In this document: piece by piece, positions 61,801 to 64,000 of the stretch | Position numbering within the stretch: position 1 is the first letter of the stretch | Layout: each line of letters opens with the position of its first letter | Source of the DNA: Veleropilina oligotropha | Taxonomy: Eukaryota | Length of the DNA: 64,000 nucleotides | Assembly: GCA_048128005.1 (NCBI GenBank) | Contig: JBEUKZ010000064.1 | Span: 248,001 to 312,000 of the forward strand | Direction: 5' to 3' | Translations under genes and position numbers: made by a program | The notes under the pieces: model-generated | Told to the model about the DNA's origin: nothing | The model's input: the letters and a program-made list of their open reading frames with translations, nothing else | Databases searched by the model: none

Positions 61801-62255
61801 CGACACTTAAAGTTTAACGAGAGTATAAAAAACTTAATATGATATTATTAATTCAAACGAGTATTCTCGCCGTAAAGTATCACTTCTCATCGAACGGCAT
61901 TAACACTGGAATGCGGTTCTAATAGGCGTCTGCCCGTGGGATACCAGGTATTGCACTCTCTCCATATTGATTCAGATGACGACCATTAATATTTCATCGT
62001 CGCATTCTATGGGGAAATTCATGTATCTTACTGCATGCAACTAAAACACTTCTTCACACCTGGGGACATTGAGTTGTGTTTGTCATCATCAATACAATCA
62101 TCTTCGTGAGTCATGATCATTGACAAGGCATCTCGTGTATATATTTATTAATGATACACCACAAGTTGTAGATTGTAGATAATATTAATAATATAATATA
62201 GCAATGCTAAAGAAGAAATGTTATTTCTGATAGGATTTGAATAAATTTACTTTTA

Positions 62256-62570
62256 ACAATAATAATAATACTCCGTTCTTACATAGCGCTTTATTACGCT
62301 AGTGTCTCAATGCGCTGAACATTATTACCCCTGGTTATTGGCCTCTTGCACTCGATATGCCATCTGAACTCCCTCTGGGAGCATTACAGTCATTTACATG
62401 CGGGTAGCGCCGTGACTTACATAACTGCCAACCAGGTACCCATTCAGATCGGCTGGGTGGACCGAGGCAAATATATGCTTACTTCCTTGCCCAAGTGAAA
62501 TCGCCGAGCTTTGGGGGCGAACTCGAGACTCTGTGACCAGAGTCCTATGAACAACCCACTGAGCAACGAC
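62256..62570 (-). mobile_element. Deu/Nin-domain-like SINE with L2-type (TTA)n tail
   Basis: Minus strand has a degenerate tRNA-like head (TTGCTCAGTGG...GAGTTCGCCC), CTTGGGCAAG, GCCTCGGTCCACCCAGC..AATGGGTACCTGG and tail AGCGC...GCGCTATGTAAG..(TTA)n. Confidence 0.72.
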
Positions 62571-63134
62571 GACAATATTTCAATCATATTTGTAGTCGAG
62601 GCCTCAATTCTTTGTCTCTTATAATCTAACGGATACTGTATGCATTGGAGACGACATATATAAATACCTGTGATAATTTTCGGCATATCCCAAAATCTAA
62701 CTCAGATAGCAATAGCTAACATTAATATCTTCTTTAGCACTCAATAACTCAACGTAATTATATTTACATTGTTCTCTATTTACCTTACTACAATTTTATT
62801 GCATTCATACTACTATGAACGCAATAGAGAAAATAGGCTAGGCGTAGTAATATCGCACTATGTTTCTTGTTATAATATAATTGTTATACATGTAGTTTTG
62901 TTTCTAGTGTTAAATTTACATTATATATTTAATATCAAATAAATGTATGAATTAAATTTAACAATATTGTTCATTAGTTTTACCACAAAATGAAATTCAT
63001 ACAGGATCTATTTTTTGCACGATGGAAAGGCTGTTCCGTTACCTGACGATATACAACAATTACCACATCATAACAAGCTAAAATATTATGTAATTTGTAA
63101 GGGATTGTGGTTAAATACAAATGTAAATACTGTA

Positions 63135-63290
63135 TAAGGATTGAACTGCACTTGGTTTGCGTTTATACTGGTATGAATGCATCCAGCAATTACATATTCT
63201 AAATGGAGCGCTATCGCGAACCATAGAAGATGTAATTGCTGGTTGCATTCATACCAGCATAAATGCAACCAAAATGCAGTTCAATCCCTG
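63135..63290. mobile_element. ~150-bp palindromic MITE-like hairpin
   Basis: ~58-bp arms GGATTGAACTGCA...CCAGCAATTACAT / ATGTAATTGCTGG...TGCAGTTCAATCC with few mismatches; TSD not clear. Confidence 0.7.
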
Positions 63291-64000
63291 TGTCGATCAA
63301 TATGAAACATCTCATTTAGTTCCTTGGTATAAGCAAAGCAGGTACCTAGAGCATGTCAGCTACTTCTGCATGCAACTGATCAATAAAATGTATCCTACAA
63401 GCATCTAGTGATGCGCTTCACCCACACGCTGATTATCACCATAAATGTTTACTTATATTCTTGTGAATCATATATACAGTATTATGAAATTAGCCACTGA
63501 TGCAACTTGTTTAATTTTACTAAATTTGCAGACTTAAATGACATAAAGAACTTCCACTTTTCCATCCATGCAAAACAAAATGTTACTACTTGTTATCATT
63601 ACTCACTCAGAGAGGTGACTGTTTTATACTGGTTTATAATGGTTTATACTGGTTTATACCAACTACAACTTCCACTGATATGAACGAATCGACATCGATG
63701 GTCAATGGTAGTCAATTGAGGTATATTGATAGACTAAAACTATCTTGTGCTGCAGCCACTAAAATGCTAGAACAGCAAATATCATATGTATGTATAATCA
63801 AATATTATTATCAGTTATTAGTTATTTCAGTCAATACATAATAATAGGAGGATTAAGAGTAATCCCCTTGTATCTATAATAATATACTTACGTCCTTACT
63901 AATGCCATAATAAGCCTATTATCGCTAAATCCGGACAAGGTGGAAATGGTAATTTCGCACTTTTTAGTAAATTTAACCCAGTTGACCCACTGACCTGCTC

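Overview
AT-rich metazoan genomic DNA, probably from an invertebrate (the repeat families resemble those of molluscs and other lophotrochozoans; this is inference). No host protein-coding exon can be supported, and every long ORF in the track is a translation of a tandem repeat. The window holds (i) about 15 minisatellite arrays; (ii) nine copies of one tRNA-like SINE family (GGCCGC head, V-domain-like core, TCC/ATCC tail) plus three other SINEs; (iii) many DINE-1/HINE-like (Helentron-associated) non-autonomous elements, nested three deep; (iv) a 3.7-kb Academ-like foldback element, MITEs with 5- and 6-bp TSDs, a Helitron-like element and an L2 LINE 3' end. The main signal is that three large minisatellites (2912-4152, 14026-17224, 51306-51680) are internal segments of copies of the same SINE family amplified in place, including about 40 copies of the A-box segment and about 60 copies of the B-box segment. 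Two further arrays abut copies of that SINE. Other notable items are a near-perfect 1.1-kb inverted duplication copied into the interior of a HINE with microhomology at both junctions, a MITE family carrying a Gypsy integrase C-terminal fragment, and a minimal Penelope-type hammerhead ribozyme motif.
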